The notes: generated by a model not told the origin, from the sequence alone. Shown: positions 1 through 58,387, counted from the first letter of the stretch. The stretch: 64,000 nucleotides of DNA from Paraspadella gotoi (GCA_051294375.1 CM119266.1:17416087-17480086), one strand, 5' to 3'. Numbers and translations: made by a program.

Positions 1-124
1 TTATAATGTTTAAACTGTACGAAAAAGTACCACTTTTTATCATAGATTAAGTATTTTCGTCTATTAATAATTATCAGACGCGGGTAATTAATTATTAATT
101 GAATAATGACGTCTCTCGAAATAG

Positions 125-3100
125 ATTTGCGGATTCCGTGACGCGGTCCTCCTGCATCGGCGGCGGGCAGCGTGGGCGGGCTGACGACACAACTGACGAC
201 CAAACTGCCGACGCAACTGCCGACGTAGGCGCCATCTTCCGTCGAGTCGCTCGCGTCGGCAACGCGTCGATCGAGACCAGAGGAGGAGATGAATGCGACG
301 GGTTTTGTCACAGGTGATGACAGGGGGAGGTGATAGAATCGATGACAGCGGGAGGTGATAGAATCTGTGTCAGATGGACCATAGACCACATAGCTTTGAT
401 TGAATGAAAAATTTAGGCGACAAAATACTAGAAAATTCTACAAGAAATTGGTAACTGGTCACAAATTTTAATAAATGACAATTAGGTGGCAGAATTAGTT
501 ATAGAATTACTGACAGCCCTCGATTCACTGATAGATGGTATCCAAACTGGAACGATGCGTTGGTCGGCGTCGTCGTCGCCTTGGGACTGCATCTGGGATT
601 CGCGCTGCTTTTTCAGGTAGGCAGTCGGAGCGTGGAATTGTGGTGGAAATGTGAGGTGGAGTCGTGGTGAAAATTTAGAAAGGATGTGGGTGGAATCGTG
701 GTGTGGTGTGGTGTAATGGAAACGTGGCGTGAATTTATTAAGAAACTATGATGTGAAATTGTGGTAGAAATGTTAGAAGGAATTGAGGTAGAAATATAAT
801 AGTGTGAAAATGTGATGGAAATGTATAGTGGAATTGTGGTATAAAGTGTGAATGCAAACGAGGGATTGTGGTGACGTCTTCATCTTCATCTTTGTTCCAA
901 CTTTTTTTTTCAATCCTTCTAATGCTCCCTCTCTTCCTCCTCCCCTCTTCCTACTCATCCTCGCTTTCCTCCACTTCCCCTTCTCACTCTCTCGCTCCCT
1001 CCCCTCCTCCCCCACTCCCTCCCTTCTTCCTTCCCTTCTCCCTCCCTCTCCAGTTCACCGTCGTCACCGTCATCTCTCTCTTCCTCTCTCCCCTTCCGTC
1101 CAACTCCGATCTCGTTTTCCGCCGACGAGGAAAAGGATTTCCTCTCGTCAGGAAATTCCTACTTCCGGTTTTGGTCCTCCTCGTGGCGTCGTTGGTCGCG
1201 GCATTGCATCTCACGACTTGCGGCATCGACGGAATCGTCGCCGCCCAGGTTTATTAGTTGCGCCGGGAGTACTCGCGGAGCAACTCTATAAGTCACTTTT
1301 CGGTCGGTCGGTCCGTCGGTATGTCTGTCCATCCGTCTGTCCCACTTACATTAAAAACGCTTATAACTTGCCTATAGTTTGTTGCTCAAATCTAAGCGGC
1401 GACTGGCGCTGCCTTTTGTTTTTAAAGAAATAAGTAAATAAGTAAATAAGTAAAAAAAAAGTAATTCGGCGCATTACCTTGGAATAACCGTTCCTTGTTT
1501 TTCGGGTTTTCGGCTTTGGTTTTTCTTTTTTTCTTTTTTTAGTTTAATTTTTTGTTTCCGTTTGATTTACTGCATGTATATGAAGAGAAACTGGTACAAC
1601 CTTTTTAAAAATTATCCATTCAATCGATTAGCTATCTAAGATAATAGCATTTTTTAATGATAACGATTTACTTAGGAATCCTTTTAGCGTGAAAATAAGA
1701 GAACCGTAAAGATAATAATTGAATTGATCTCATTTGCATTAATTTTTTTTATTTTTATCTCAGGACCTCGTTTTTGTCTTTTGTTTCATCGTCGTCGTTT
1801 TGGCGGGAATTCTTCTGCCGTGGGAGGACGCCAGGGGGCTTCCGAGTTGTGGCTGTCGGCACATATGTCGGGTGAATTGAATATGAATTAATGAATGAAT
1901 AAAGACTAATGTGTAATTTGTACAAACTACAAAGAAAACTTAAAAAGAACAAAGCAAAATAAATATGATATTCCTATTCATATCGATTTATTTGAAAATA
2001 TTTGTATTTACGAAAATGATGTTAATCATAATGATTTAAAATTTGGTATTATTGCTGTGATTCAGGTCGAAAGCGTCGCGAGACGAGATGGAGAAAAATG
2101 GAAGAAAGAAAAGAAGGAGGAAGAAGAAGAGAAGGAGGAAATTGTGGCGGAGGAGAGAGGAGAGAGAGAACGAGAGGAAGAAGACAGAGGGGAGAGAGAA
2201 GGAGAGGAGAAAGATAAAAAGAAAGAGAAAGGGAAAGAGGAAAGTGAAGAAAGAGAGAAAGGAAAAGAAGGGGAAGGAGGCGAAGAAGAAAAAAAGAAAG
2301 AAAATGGTGGAAAAGAAAATGAAAAAGGAGAAAAGGAAAAAGGAGGAAATGGAAAAGAAAATAGAGGAATAGAAGAAGAGAAAATAAAAAGAAAAGAAAA
2401 TGAAGAAGATAAACGAGAAGAAAAGAAGGAGAAGGGAAATGGAGAAAAAAACGGCGAGGGTGAGAAGGAAAGAAGTAACGAAGTAAAAGAGAAAATTGAT
2501 GAAAGAAAGGAAAGAGGTGATGGAGAAAAAGAGAAAATTCATGAAAGAAAGGAAAGAGGTGATGGAGAAAAAAAGAAAATTGATAAAGGAAAGGAAAGAG
2601 GTGATGGAGAAAAAAAGAAAATTGATGAAGGAAAGGAAAGAGGTGATGGAGAAAAAAAGAAAATTGATGAAGGAAAGGAAAGAGGTGATGGAGAAAAAGA
2701 GAAAATTGATGAAGAGAAGAATAAAAATAATGGAGGAAAAGATAATGTAGAAGAAGGAAAAGAGAATGGTGATGGAGGGAAAGATAGAGGTGATGTAGAA
2801 AAGAAGAAGGAATCTGATGGAAACGAGACAAAACCCGACGGCGCTCCTCCTCCTCCTCCTCCTCCTCCTCGTGAAAAGGAGTTCAGCGTCACAGAAGCCG
2901 AAGACGATTATTATCGTCGATGTTTTAAAATCTGCGACGTCAACGACTCTGGTGAGAAATTGAGAAATTAGAAAACAAAAAATGGGGAAAAAAAAGATAT
3001 TTTTGAGTTTGTTGAGTTAGTATTTTGCTTGAAAATATTTTGATTAAAGGATTACCTTAAAGAGAAAAATTAAAGTGATATAAAATATTTTGCAAAATTT

Positions 3101-3827
3101 AACCTATTTTAAAGCACAATTTGTACAAATATGTACGTATATTTTGTTTTCTTGTGCAATGTCTTTTTTTTTTACATATGTTGCGTAAAATGTTTATCAG
3201 TGGAATGAACCTTGGCAAAGCAGGCCACACAGCCAAAAAAATTACCCACACGAATTCCAAACCTTTTCCCCCCACAACCACAAAAAAGGCCACATCACGG
3301 CGACGGAGCTTCGCAACGCCCTCGTTTGGATCAACGACCATCCTTTCGCGGAACGCGTCGCCCGCGACTTCAACCCTCAAGACATCCTCACGTGGGAGAC
3401 CTTCAAGGAAGTTGACAGAGACGGAAGTCTGACTCTGGAGATGGAGGAGTTCGTGGATTTGATGAAGAGAGAGAAGATCGTCTTCGCCAAGATGTTGTTC
3501 GAAGCTGCGGATGTGGAGCGGACGGGGGAATTGATGAAAGAGGAGGTGAGTTAACAGTCTCACTCAATCACTACTTGTCAATCTCNNNNNNNNNNTCTCT
3601 CAATTAATAAATCAAAGCTTTAATCCAGCAATCAAGTCTTTCCAACAATTCATTTATTATTCAATCAATTCAGTTCAACCAAAAATCGATTTCAGGTCTA
3701 CTCCGCCCTTCGCAAAGCCGGTTTCGTCTACAACGGATCGTGGGATCAATTTCTTCTTAGGTTTGACATCGACGGGGACGGAAAAATCGACTACACAGAA
3801 TTCCTTGGAGCGTTAAAGAGTCTATGA
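125..3827 (+). CDS. Multi-pass membrane protein with Glu/Lys-rich linker and C-terminal calmodulin-like 4x EF-hand domain (5' end outside window). Exons 125-313, 535-616, 1054-1248, 1764-1871, 2066-2951, 3289-3545, 3696-3827
   Basis: All introns are GT-AG and all phases match (2,0,0,0,1,0). Hydrophobic segments: ALVGVVVALGLHLGFALLFQFTVVTVISLFL, FLLPVLVLLVASLVAALHL, LVFVFCFIVVVLAGILLPW. EF loops: DVNDSGHITATE (split across the 2952-3288 intron), DRDGSLTLEMEE, DVERTGELMKEE, DIDGDGKIDYTE. Stop TGA 3825-3827. The EF-hand part is certain; its joining to the TM exons is inferred. Confidence 0.75.
1253..1420 (+). mobile_element. Short non-autonomous Helentron/HINE-like element in intron
   Basis: 5' inverted pair agttgc...gcaact, internal (GTCG/GTCC/GTCT)n microsatellite, 3' hairpin gcggcg-actgg-cgctgc followed by a T-rich end. 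Layout resembles DINE-1/HINE-type elements. Confidence 0.45.
2498..2710 (+). repeat. Coding 42-bp tandem repeat (14 aa DEGKERGDGEKKKI, ~5 copies)
   Basis: gatgaaggaaaggaaagaggtgatggagaaaaaaagaaaatt repeated in frame inside exon 2066-2951. Confidence 0.9.
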
Positions 3828-4642
3828 TAGTGGGGATTATAAAATGCGTTGCCCGGGCCATTGGAAGAACAAGAGTCGTGAGAGGAAAGACGATTCAAAT
3901 CGTAATTGCGACACGAGATCCAAGATATTATTATATTATATATTCTGTTGATCAATACCAAACATATAACCCAATCGTTAACCTTATAACTTAAACCTAT
4001 ACCTTAAACTTCATCCTTAACCCTAACCCCGACAAACTCTAATCCTTAATCTCTCACCCTAATCCCTAACCTCTAACCCTAATCCCTAATCTCTCATCCT
4101 AACTCATACTCTTTAATCCTTAACCCTAATTCTTAAACTATTCCCAAACTTTTTCCTAATCTTTAAACATATAAAAACTCATTTAATTGAACTATTTTAT
4201 TTTTCTATCTCTTTTCCGGTTTTATGACCTTTTATTTCACCTGTGATGGTTACTTGTATTGGATACTGTTTTAGCAATAGACTTATTTTAAAACGAATTG
4301 GTTTGTAAGTCGTGAACGTTACTACAAATTAAAACTGAAAGCTGTAATTAATTGTTTTTATTTCGTCAAGAATAATTTTGACTTTTGGTTCATCCAAGTA
4401 ACTTACGAAATATTTTTTGCCAGCTCCTATATTGTACTCACATTTTTTACAACCTAGGAAATAATTAAATTTAACAGTCAAATCTTTTATTAAAAAAAAT
4501 TCGTAAGTATTGAGCAATGATTGTTTAACAAAAATATTTCTATACCATTTTTCCACAAAAATATAATTAAGAACAAGAAACGTTCAAACGATCGATTTTT
4601 AATAAATTAACAAAAAATGGAAAACCAGTAACAAAATATAAT

Positions 4643-6865
4643 TTAACATCTAAACAATTCCACACTAAACTTTAAAAAATCTTTCTCGTGGCTCAAAAGA
4701 TGCATCTTGATTGCAATTTCCCAAGGAGTGAAAAACTTGCAATGAGCACATTCGAAAACGCGACTTAATGGACTGAGATGGGTGGAACAACCGAGGGAGC
4801 ATTTCCCAGAATTGTTTGGAACATTTTCTGTTGGGCTTTTATTCAAAGTATCGTAGAAAGAGTTTTCTTTCTCAAGGCTTTGATTTCGTTTTTTAACCAA
4901 AAAAATTTCTTCCCCGTAAGGTTTATTAAAACTTTCATTAGAGTTTTGTTTAATGTCAGTTTTGCTCACAATATCATGACACATTTCCTCCATTCCATTT
5001 CCATTAATCAAAATTTGATCGATAGAACTTTGTTTGGTGGGGGTAAATTTAGAAATAAGGCCGAGAATGTTTTGATCCATTGTTTCATCGCCTTTTCTTT
5101 TCTTAATTATTTTCCCCATTTCGTTTTCTTTTTCCCTCGTTTCTTGTTCTTCTTTTAGTTCGTGTTGTTCCGTATCTTGGTCATCTTCTTTTACGACGTT
5201 AATAACGAAATGAGCCTCCTCCGATTTAACAATATCCATGCAGGTCGTGTCATTGCAATCGAATCTACCATTGCCTTTTTTCGGTTCTCGGTTCTCCACA
5301 GTGTCCCCGCTTTGTTTATTCTTTCCCCGCTTGAAAATATCACTGTGTTTCAATCGCAGGTGTCGATTCAAGTTGTTCCATTTCGTCGTGAATCTGCAGA
5401 ATTTGCATTTTTTAATTTTTAATCCGTCTTTAATTGTTTCTGTAAAATACTTTTTTGGCCGAGAATGAAAGTCGAAGTTTGGATGAGGATTCTTGTCTAA
5501 ATTATTTTTGAGGACGACGACGACATTATTTTGGACTTGTGTAACTCCAGTCACATCGGACGAATTATCAAAACTATTGTTCGGCTTCAATATTAGTCTA
5601 GGAATGCTTGGAAGTGAATTTTGAGCATTTACGTTATTGCTTGACGCCGATATTAAATTTCCGTCGGAATTTGATTGGCCAATCAAGTTAGATTTAATGC
5701 TTGTCGTGTCAAGCTTATCGACACAATTTCTAGATACCACCTTCAAATGACATTTTATTTTATGTTCGTCCATATTGATATTATGATAACAAAAAAACTC
5801 GCAAAATTCGCACTGATATCTTTTTCGGCCGCTCGGATCGCAGGGCTTTGACAGGTGAATTTTTAACTTGTTCCTTTCCTTTGTCATGTAATTGCAAGCG
5901 TCGCATCTGAACGTCTTTTTTGTGTAGGCGTGGCACTCCATGTGGGTCCGTAAAACGCGGGAGTTTCCGGATGTGAATCCGCAGATGTGACATATTCGGT
6001 TTGGACTGTCGACTGAGGTAAACAAATAGTAAAGAGAAAACTTGAAAAAACTAGAATCCATATTTTTTTAAAATTTATAACAAATTACTTTAAAAAAGTG
6101 GAAAATAACTTTCATGCATATCTTTTTTAAAAAATGCATGTTTAAACAGCTCTAAATTTTAGCTTTCTAACTCTCTGTGAGGAATTAAAATAGAGTTTAG
6201 GGTCTTCAGACAAGTATAAAATATTGAAACAAAGGTTTAATTTTACATTCGCCGATTAGGGTTAGGAAGTCTTGGTTAGGCTTAGGGAAAGTTCGGCTCA
6301 AGGGGTTCAGAGTTAAGGTCATGGTAGTTAGTTTTAATTTGAGTAATTACATTTTTATATATCGTTATTCATTAGTTGGCGAATATAAAATTTTACCCAA
6401 AACAAATTTACCATTTTTACGATTCATTGCTCGTGTGTTTTCTAAACTGAACTTTTTAACCTTCTAAAAATTATACTTTATTACTGTACCGTGGACGTTC
6501 TGATGCTTTTTCAAATAAGATTGTCGGTCGGTCTTGTAGTCGCACAGACGGCAATTGAAGCGAGCCCGTTGGCTTAAAGGTAAATGGCGCAGTTTGTGCT
6601 TTTTCAAATAGTTAGGTCGGTGTGTCTTGAAGTCGCACTGATGGCATTTGTAGTAAGACCGTTGACCCACAGGTACGTGGCGCAACTTATGCACCTGTAA
6701 GCTAACATGGGAAGGAGCGACGTAATTGCAGGCATTGTAAGGGAAGACGAGGTCAGCAATGTGGTTCGATTTGAGAGATGAAGAATTTGAGGCTTTAAAT
6801 TCATCAAGTTGAGAGACTTGGCTTGTCTTGAGATTGTCTTGGCTTTCTTTTGAATCTAAACTCAT
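4643..6865 (-). CDS. C2H2 zinc-finger protein (~8 fingers). Coding exons 6865-6490 and 6012-4643; probable non-coding first exon ending ~7132
   Basis: Fingers CHQC..HKLRH, CRLC..HQNVH, CHIC..HMECH, CDAC..HLSKPC, CEFC..HKIKCH, CKFC..HLRLKH, CAHC..HLLSH, plus one degenerate finger (YNAC..HKLRH). Phase-1 GT-AG intron 6489-6013. Acceptor at 6885 just before ATG 6865. Confidence 0.85.
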
Positions 6866-7129
6866 TTTCGTTGTGGTTTTGTTCCTGTCAGGAGACAATA
6901 ATTTTAAAATGAAAATTTAATCAACACCAAGAATGCATTGAAAAGAAATTTTGTTTTTGTTTAAAATTGATCGGATGATCCTAATTGCTGTTTTAAGTTG
7001 ACAATAAAAATAATATTGTATTTTTCTACTAAGATCAGAAAAAGATGAAAACGCAACGATTTAATAAATTTACTACAAAATCAGATGAGAATTAATAGGC
7101 TAAAAAATTTAAGGGAAACTTGAATCTTT

Positions 7130-7955
7130 ACAGAGCGTCATTGTTAGAAAATGTAAACAATGGGCTCTGCTGTGTTGATGTGAAGTGAATGGGTGACAAG
7201 AGATCAGCTGATCGGAAACTCGAATTCTGATCGAAGTCTTTTGTCGACGAAAGTCGCTTCGTTGTTATCATTCGCGCGGTGGCGAGAGGGAAACACGTGG
7301 GAAACTTCAAAAACATAAAACAGTCAGGGCTTGAGATACATTGGCTAATATTTTGGCTTGTGTGTAAAATTAAAATACTTAACTTCTGTCTCGGCGGACC
7401 TCTTCTACATGTACACTTAATAAACTGGCGAAAATAAACATACCGCTGACCCTAATTTAATCTTTATTAGGAAAAACCTTGCCCTTCATTTCCCCATACT
7501 CTGGAGCGTATTAATTTAGCATCATTAAAAAAATCGTCATGCCATTTAAACCTTTTAATGTTCGCTCATTCTCAAAGAACATTGATCTCTTGTTTAATTT
7601 CCAAGTTTCTCTTAATTTCCGTCGAAAGTAATTTTGTTTCCATCAACTGGGAAGTTGAGACAGGTCTCGCCGGTTTTTGAAAAAACCACATTTGTCAATT
7701 TTTTTTCCAATTTTCTTTTAGAAACTGAATTTTGCGTTAAACCACAAAAATTGTCGCAAATCAACGTTTTACAATTTGTTTTATTCAGTCGTCAAAATTA
7801 AATATACTTGTAAAACCGGGAGAGTAAATAATTTTCTCCAAAAAAAGTTTCAAATGCATCACGATTAATATAAAAAAACAAATTTAAATTTGCATTTAAA
7901 AAGTTAAAGGAGGACTCCCTATTTTGATAAAACAGATTAGAAAAAAAAAAAGAAA
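7130..7955. promoter_or_regulatory. Short divergent (head-to-head) intergenic region between the zinc-finger and sulfotransferase genes
   Basis: Genes are divergently oriented with start codons ~1.1 kb apart. CpG-containing patch at 7230-7300 with a CACGTG E-box. Confidence 0.45.
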
Positions 7956-10736
7956 ATGCCCGAAGAGATAAAAGAAGTGGAAGACCCGAGGAACTTACCC
8001 ATGACAATAATAGACGGACGTCCTTACCCAATCTTCGTTCGGGGAGACAAGTTTGACGAGTTCAAAGAAAAGGTTCGCATTTTAAATTTTGGTTCGGGAT
8101 TCGTTTTGGAATAGGGGCTGAGGAGGCTTCTGCATGCTAGGATATAATGTTTTAAAATTTTCTAGGATAAGAAAAATAGCTTTAAGTAAAAACTTATTAT
8201 GTTTTTCCTATTTTTATATTTTTATATTATTTACTTATTATATTTTTATTTTTATATTTTAATATTAATAATTATGATAATTTTTAGAATAAGAGAAAAA
8301 ACTCAAATCATTGTTATTCTTAGGTACAGTATTGTCACGAAACAAAAAAAAAAGCTTTTATCATTGTAGCATTTTATTAATATTAATTGTGTCCCATAGG
8401 CTAAATTTCAAGATGGTGACGTGATCGTCATGTGTTATCCAAAGTCGGGAACTCATTGGGCAGATGGTTATCTCGGGATGTTGTTGTCTAATTCACAAGA
8501 AATCATTCAGGTGAACAAAAGTCACCTGATGCGATTATTGTTTAAATGATTAATTTATTAATTTAAAAGTCTGATAATTTTTAAGTACTCGGGCCCGTAT
8601 CAGTTTAAATCCTAATGCCATGTCGTATTTTCGGTTTTACCTAATTATTATATATTCGTAATAGAAAACCGATACCACATATGAGTTAAGGAAAATTTAG
8701 GATTCTGATATAATAGATTGCTACAAGGGATTGGTCTTTCACAAAAATTTATACAAGAACGTTGAAGATTTAACAAATTAACAAATTAACAAATTAACAA
8801 AACTAAGAGACAGTCTTGATGTAAAAGCTTGCAAATTTTTCGCCATTTTCTTATAAAAGGGATGGAGGACTTATTCCTCCCTAGCCTTTCCAAAGTTAGG
8901 AGAACAGATAGTTTGTCAATTATTAAATATAATCTGTATATTGATCTCTAGGGCCATGTTTTCCAAAAGCTTCCCATTTTATCTTGAATTCAAAATTGAG
9001 TTGGGTTAGGCGTCAGGTCAGGTTTAAGGATTGGGTGAGGGAAGGAGTGAAGGATTAGGGTTAGAGAATAGGATTAAGGATTAAGATATAATATCTTAAT
9101 CGGTTTAAAAGACAGAAATGGTGCACTTTCGGAAAATCGTGCCCTTTTTTTGCCAATTTTATTGAAATTTAGGTTGGAAAGGGATCACTGGAAGGATTGC
9201 TGAGTGTGGATATGATCAACTCTCAAGCGCACCCTCGAATATTCTACACTCACCTTTCCTATTCTCACTTACCCAGAGACATTTTGGAGAACGAGAAAAT
9301 TAAGCTGCTGCTTTTAATCAGGTTGGGTTGATTATCATGATGGAGCTTTATCATATTAATTTCAATCAATATGGTAAAAGTAACATTTAATAGGTTATTT
9401 TATCTATTATGGCTCACCTGCTTTAGTCTTGATTTTTTAAAAATCCAAAGTTTTTCCATAATTGATAATAAATAATATTTTTTATCGCAATAACGAGTGA
9501 CAGTTAATTGTAATTGCTAAATTAATCTCTAACTGGCCAAGTCTTTCTATTTCAGAAACCCTAAAGATACGGCGTTATCCTATTATCACTACATGAAAAC
9601 GTGGGTGTGCAACAATACTAAATTCACAGGTTAAATAAACGAGTTAAAAGTTTAACTAATTTTTATCATTAATATAATTATCATTATTATGCCTTTTCCT
9701 CTACAGGACCTTTCTCTTCTTTTATCGGTCCCTGGATTGATGGCCGTCTTTGTTTCGGGTCATGGCAAGTTTCAAAAACATAACAACAAATATCTTAATT
9801 GCTATATTACTTAATATAGCTTTTAAACTAAAGTATTTTTAAACCATCAGGTTCGACTATTATCGCGATATGTACCAAAACCTCGTCGGTAGAGAAAACG
9901 TTGTCGTGATTCAATTCGAAAAAATGAAACTGGATTTTTTGTCTAATTTGAGAAAAATCGCGGATTTCTTAGGAATTGAGGCCAACGAGGAATTATTCCG
10001 GTGAGAAAATCACTGGTGACGAAGGTTCCTTATGCTTTTCATAATAATGATAATAACAAAGATCATAATAACATTATATAATAATAATGATAATAATAAT
10101 AATAATAATAATAACAAAAAATTTTGACTTTTATTTTAATCTTCCAATCTGAAATGTATAAAGACGTCGCTTCCTTTCCGATTCCCTTTTTTTTTTCCTC
10201 CCCTCTCCCTCAACCTCCCTTCCCTCCCTCCACTCTTTTCCGTGCTCCCTCCATCCCACTCTCCTCCTCCTCCTCCCAATCCTCATTCTCCTCCTCTCTC
10301 CTTTCCTCTCCTTCTTCTCCTCTTCCTCCCTTTTCCCTCCACCTCTTCTCCCTCACGCCCCCTCCGGCTTTCCCCCTTCCCCCCTTCTTCCTCCATTTCT
10401 TCCTCTCTCCTTCTTCTCTCCTCGTCCCTCCTTCCTCCCCTCTTCCCCAACTATCACAAGATGGCGAAAAAAACCGGCTCCTCAGCCAGAACGACTAACC
10501 CCTTCCCTCCTCCTTCCCAATCCAGCCACATAGCGAGAAAGACCACCTTCCCCCAAATGTCCAACTGGGCAACGTCGCTCGCCGTCTCCGGGCGAGGACC
10601 CTCGACGGTCTACTTCCGCAAAGGAATCGTCGGAGATTGGCGGTCGGAGATGACGGAGCAGGCTGCGCGGAGAATCGACGAGAGGTTGGGCGAGTTGAAG
10701 TCCTCGCTCGAAGGATACGAAGATTTTGAAGGATAG
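7956..10736 (+). CDS. Cytosolic sulfotransferase (SULT family). Exons 7956-8072, 8400-8510, 9173-9321, 9556-9629, 9707-9764, 9851-10000, 10526-10736
   Basis: 5'-PSB motif YPKSGTHW, catalytic-His region PRIFYTHL, 3'-PB motif RNPKDTALSYYH, FGSWFD, IADFLG, and C-terminal FRKGIVGDW. Phases all consistent; intron 9765-9850 is GC-AG. Confidence 0.93.
8951..9144. mobile_element. MITE-like element with ~30-bp imperfect TIRs and degenerate TTAGG(G)-like interior
   Basis: gggccatgttttccaaaagcttcccattt ... aaatggtgcactttcggaaaatcgtgccc. Related copies at ~24965-25257, 28998-29214, 32808-33026 and 43243-43459. Confidence 0.65.
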
Positions 10737-11719
10737 AAATATTCGTCCGTGTTCGTCGTAGTTCTTAAAATTGTGGTTCTCGTCGTCGTTGGTTTTGTAT
10801 GTGTTATGTGTTATGTGGTCATAAACAGTAGGAATTGTGATTTGAGCTAGCTTATGTATATTCTCGTTTACTATTATTACAATTATGCCCGTCATCAACA
10901 TCGGTGTGGAAGGGATCCCGTCCGAATATCGCGGCGGCGGTGACGTCTCGGGAATCAATCTACGGACGAAAAAGAGAGGATTCTTTCCGACGTATAAAGT
11001 TGATGAAAACGTTCTATCTATTCCATTTCCATTCAGATTTAAAAATGATAAACATAGAAATTAATTGTGCAATTACTATTTATGTTGTTATCTTTCCCTT
11101 ATTATATGTCTACGGTATCTTTGTTGTACAATATAAACATAAAAATGTCACCGATATGAACTTTGGTATCTAGAAAATGAAACAAGTCCCAAATAAAATT
11201 GACGAATATATTATAAAATATGCATACATCATGGTATATATGCATACACGGGCGATGAACAAAAATGAGTCGACATAATGAAGGAAGGAGGAAAGGGACT
11301 GGATTTGTAACTGAATATAAATCTGATAAATCAATCTGATAAATAAAAAATGACAAAAAAAAAAACACATTAAACAAGTTATTCATGTTAAAAATCCAAG
11401 AAGACCTGGTCATGAACTCGTCAAAGGATATTTTAATGGAAAAAAATATTTAAAAAATATTGAATTGAAAAAACTAAAATGTTGGGCTGACATCATCCAA
11501 AAGTTACAAGTAGTAATTAAAGCCTAAGCCGGATTTTAAGTTTAACAACTTGAAATTTCAGTTGATTTATTAAATTGATTAATTGATTTTTGGCCAATAA
11601 ATTCAAGATAAACAAAATATTCAAGCGGAGAATCAAAGAGTGGGAAAAAAATTAGAGATCACATTTTCTCCTTAAAAAAAAATCCCAAATTTGTTAGTAG
11701 CGAATAAATCCGAGAACGA

Positions 11720-11768
<49 letters not shown>

Positions 11769-11966
11769 CAAATTATAAATTAACTGCCAAACGAGAGATA
11801 CAATGCGACACAAACGAACTTTTTTCACTAGTTTGATCAATTTGTGTTTTTTTGGGGGGGATTTGTTATCGTTTTCTTGGACCCGGCACCGCAACGCGAA
11901 AAGGATTTTTACGTTTTTTACGTTAAACCCAGTTTTAATTTTATTTCTTTCCGATGTTTTTTTTTA

Positions 11967-57006
<45,040 letters not shown>

Positions 57007-57961
57007 GTAATAAATAATAGATAAATAGCAAATAACAATAATAATTAATGATAATGTATAGTAAAGATAAAATCAGACCAATTATAAATCTTTGATTGTG
57101 ACATGTCTCTCGCATGAACTCATCTCTTGATCATTAAATCAGGAAAAAAATGAAAAACAGATAAAAAATAAAATTAGTATTTTAACTTGCAATTTATTGG
57201 TTTATAAATACTATATTATATATATGGAAGAGGGACTTTGTTACGAAGGCGAAAAGGAAAAACCAATTTCATAGAACTGAATTCTAAACCAGAATCCATA
57301 AGGCATGTGGAGTCGGAGAAATGAATATAACATATGAGTTAGACAGAGAGAGAGAGAGAGTGACGAAACAGAAGGGAAATCTGAAAGACAGACAAAGAGA
57401 CACACAGACAGACAGACGGACCGACTTTTCGGTTCTGCCCAAACCGAGTTGAGGCGTGGGAGGGAGAGGAATGGCGCCTATGATAATGAAAAAAATTCAT
57501 TCTCTCTCTCTCTCTCTCTCCTCTTGGCTCTAAAGTGCAAAGTCGACAAATTATATCCTGACGGTGAAATATTTGCGAAATGTTCGCTTCAGATTTACTT
57601 TTGCATTTTTTTTAAATTTCTTTTTTTTTTAATTTTTTTTCCCTAAAAGTTTTTAAGTTTGATTTTTTTGATGTCCAATATTTACGTTTGTTGTTGTTGT
57701 TGTTGTTTTTGCTTTTTTAATCGTTTCACCGTTTACTAAAATAAAGTATTAAAGTATAAGAGTATTAACTCTCCGAAAAAAAATGAAAATTTAAAATCTT
57801 GCCGCAAATAAAATAAGGCAATACTTTTTTGAGTTTTGAATTTGGAGTTTCTTTCTCTTTTTTTCCTGGGTGTGTGGACTTTTTCAGCGAAACGTCTCAT
57901 TCTCTGTCGTTTTCTCTCTCTTTCTTTCTATGTGTGTGTTTTTGTGTGTCTCTGTTTTGTG

Positions 57962-58032
<71 letters not shown>

Positions 58033-58387
58033 CTGAACCGGAACAGGAAATTGTCATATTCAAAAAACCTCGAGTGTTCAAACACCGAAAAAAAATAAAA
58101 ATAAAAAATTGCGTGAGAAACGAAATGAAAAATCGAAAATTAAACACGATCGTTAAATTAGTTTAAAAATAGTTTAAACTAATGTATTTCGGAAAATGTA
58201 GTTACAATAAGTAGTTTTTAATTTTTTACTGGCCGATTTTTTATTTTTATTTCAGGTTTTTCGGAAATAAATTTGAAAAAAAGAAGTTTTAAGTATGAAA
58301 ATAAAAATAATTATTGTCATCGTCCGATTCGAAGGGAAGCGAGATTTTTCCAAAGAATTCGAAAAAAAAGCTGAAGAGGGCGTTAAG

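Noticed and set aside
2036-2892. Long minus-strand Phe/Ser/Leu-rich ORFs
   Set aside because: Antisense shadows of the purine-rich E/K exon.
3990-4160. True telomere or chromosome-fusion site
   Set aside because: Highly degenerate, short and dispersed; better explained as repeat-element interior.
8860-8894. Possible 35-nt SULT exon (GWRTYSSLAFP)
   Set aside because: It would shift the frame into a stop; exons ending 8510 and starting 9173 join in phase without it.
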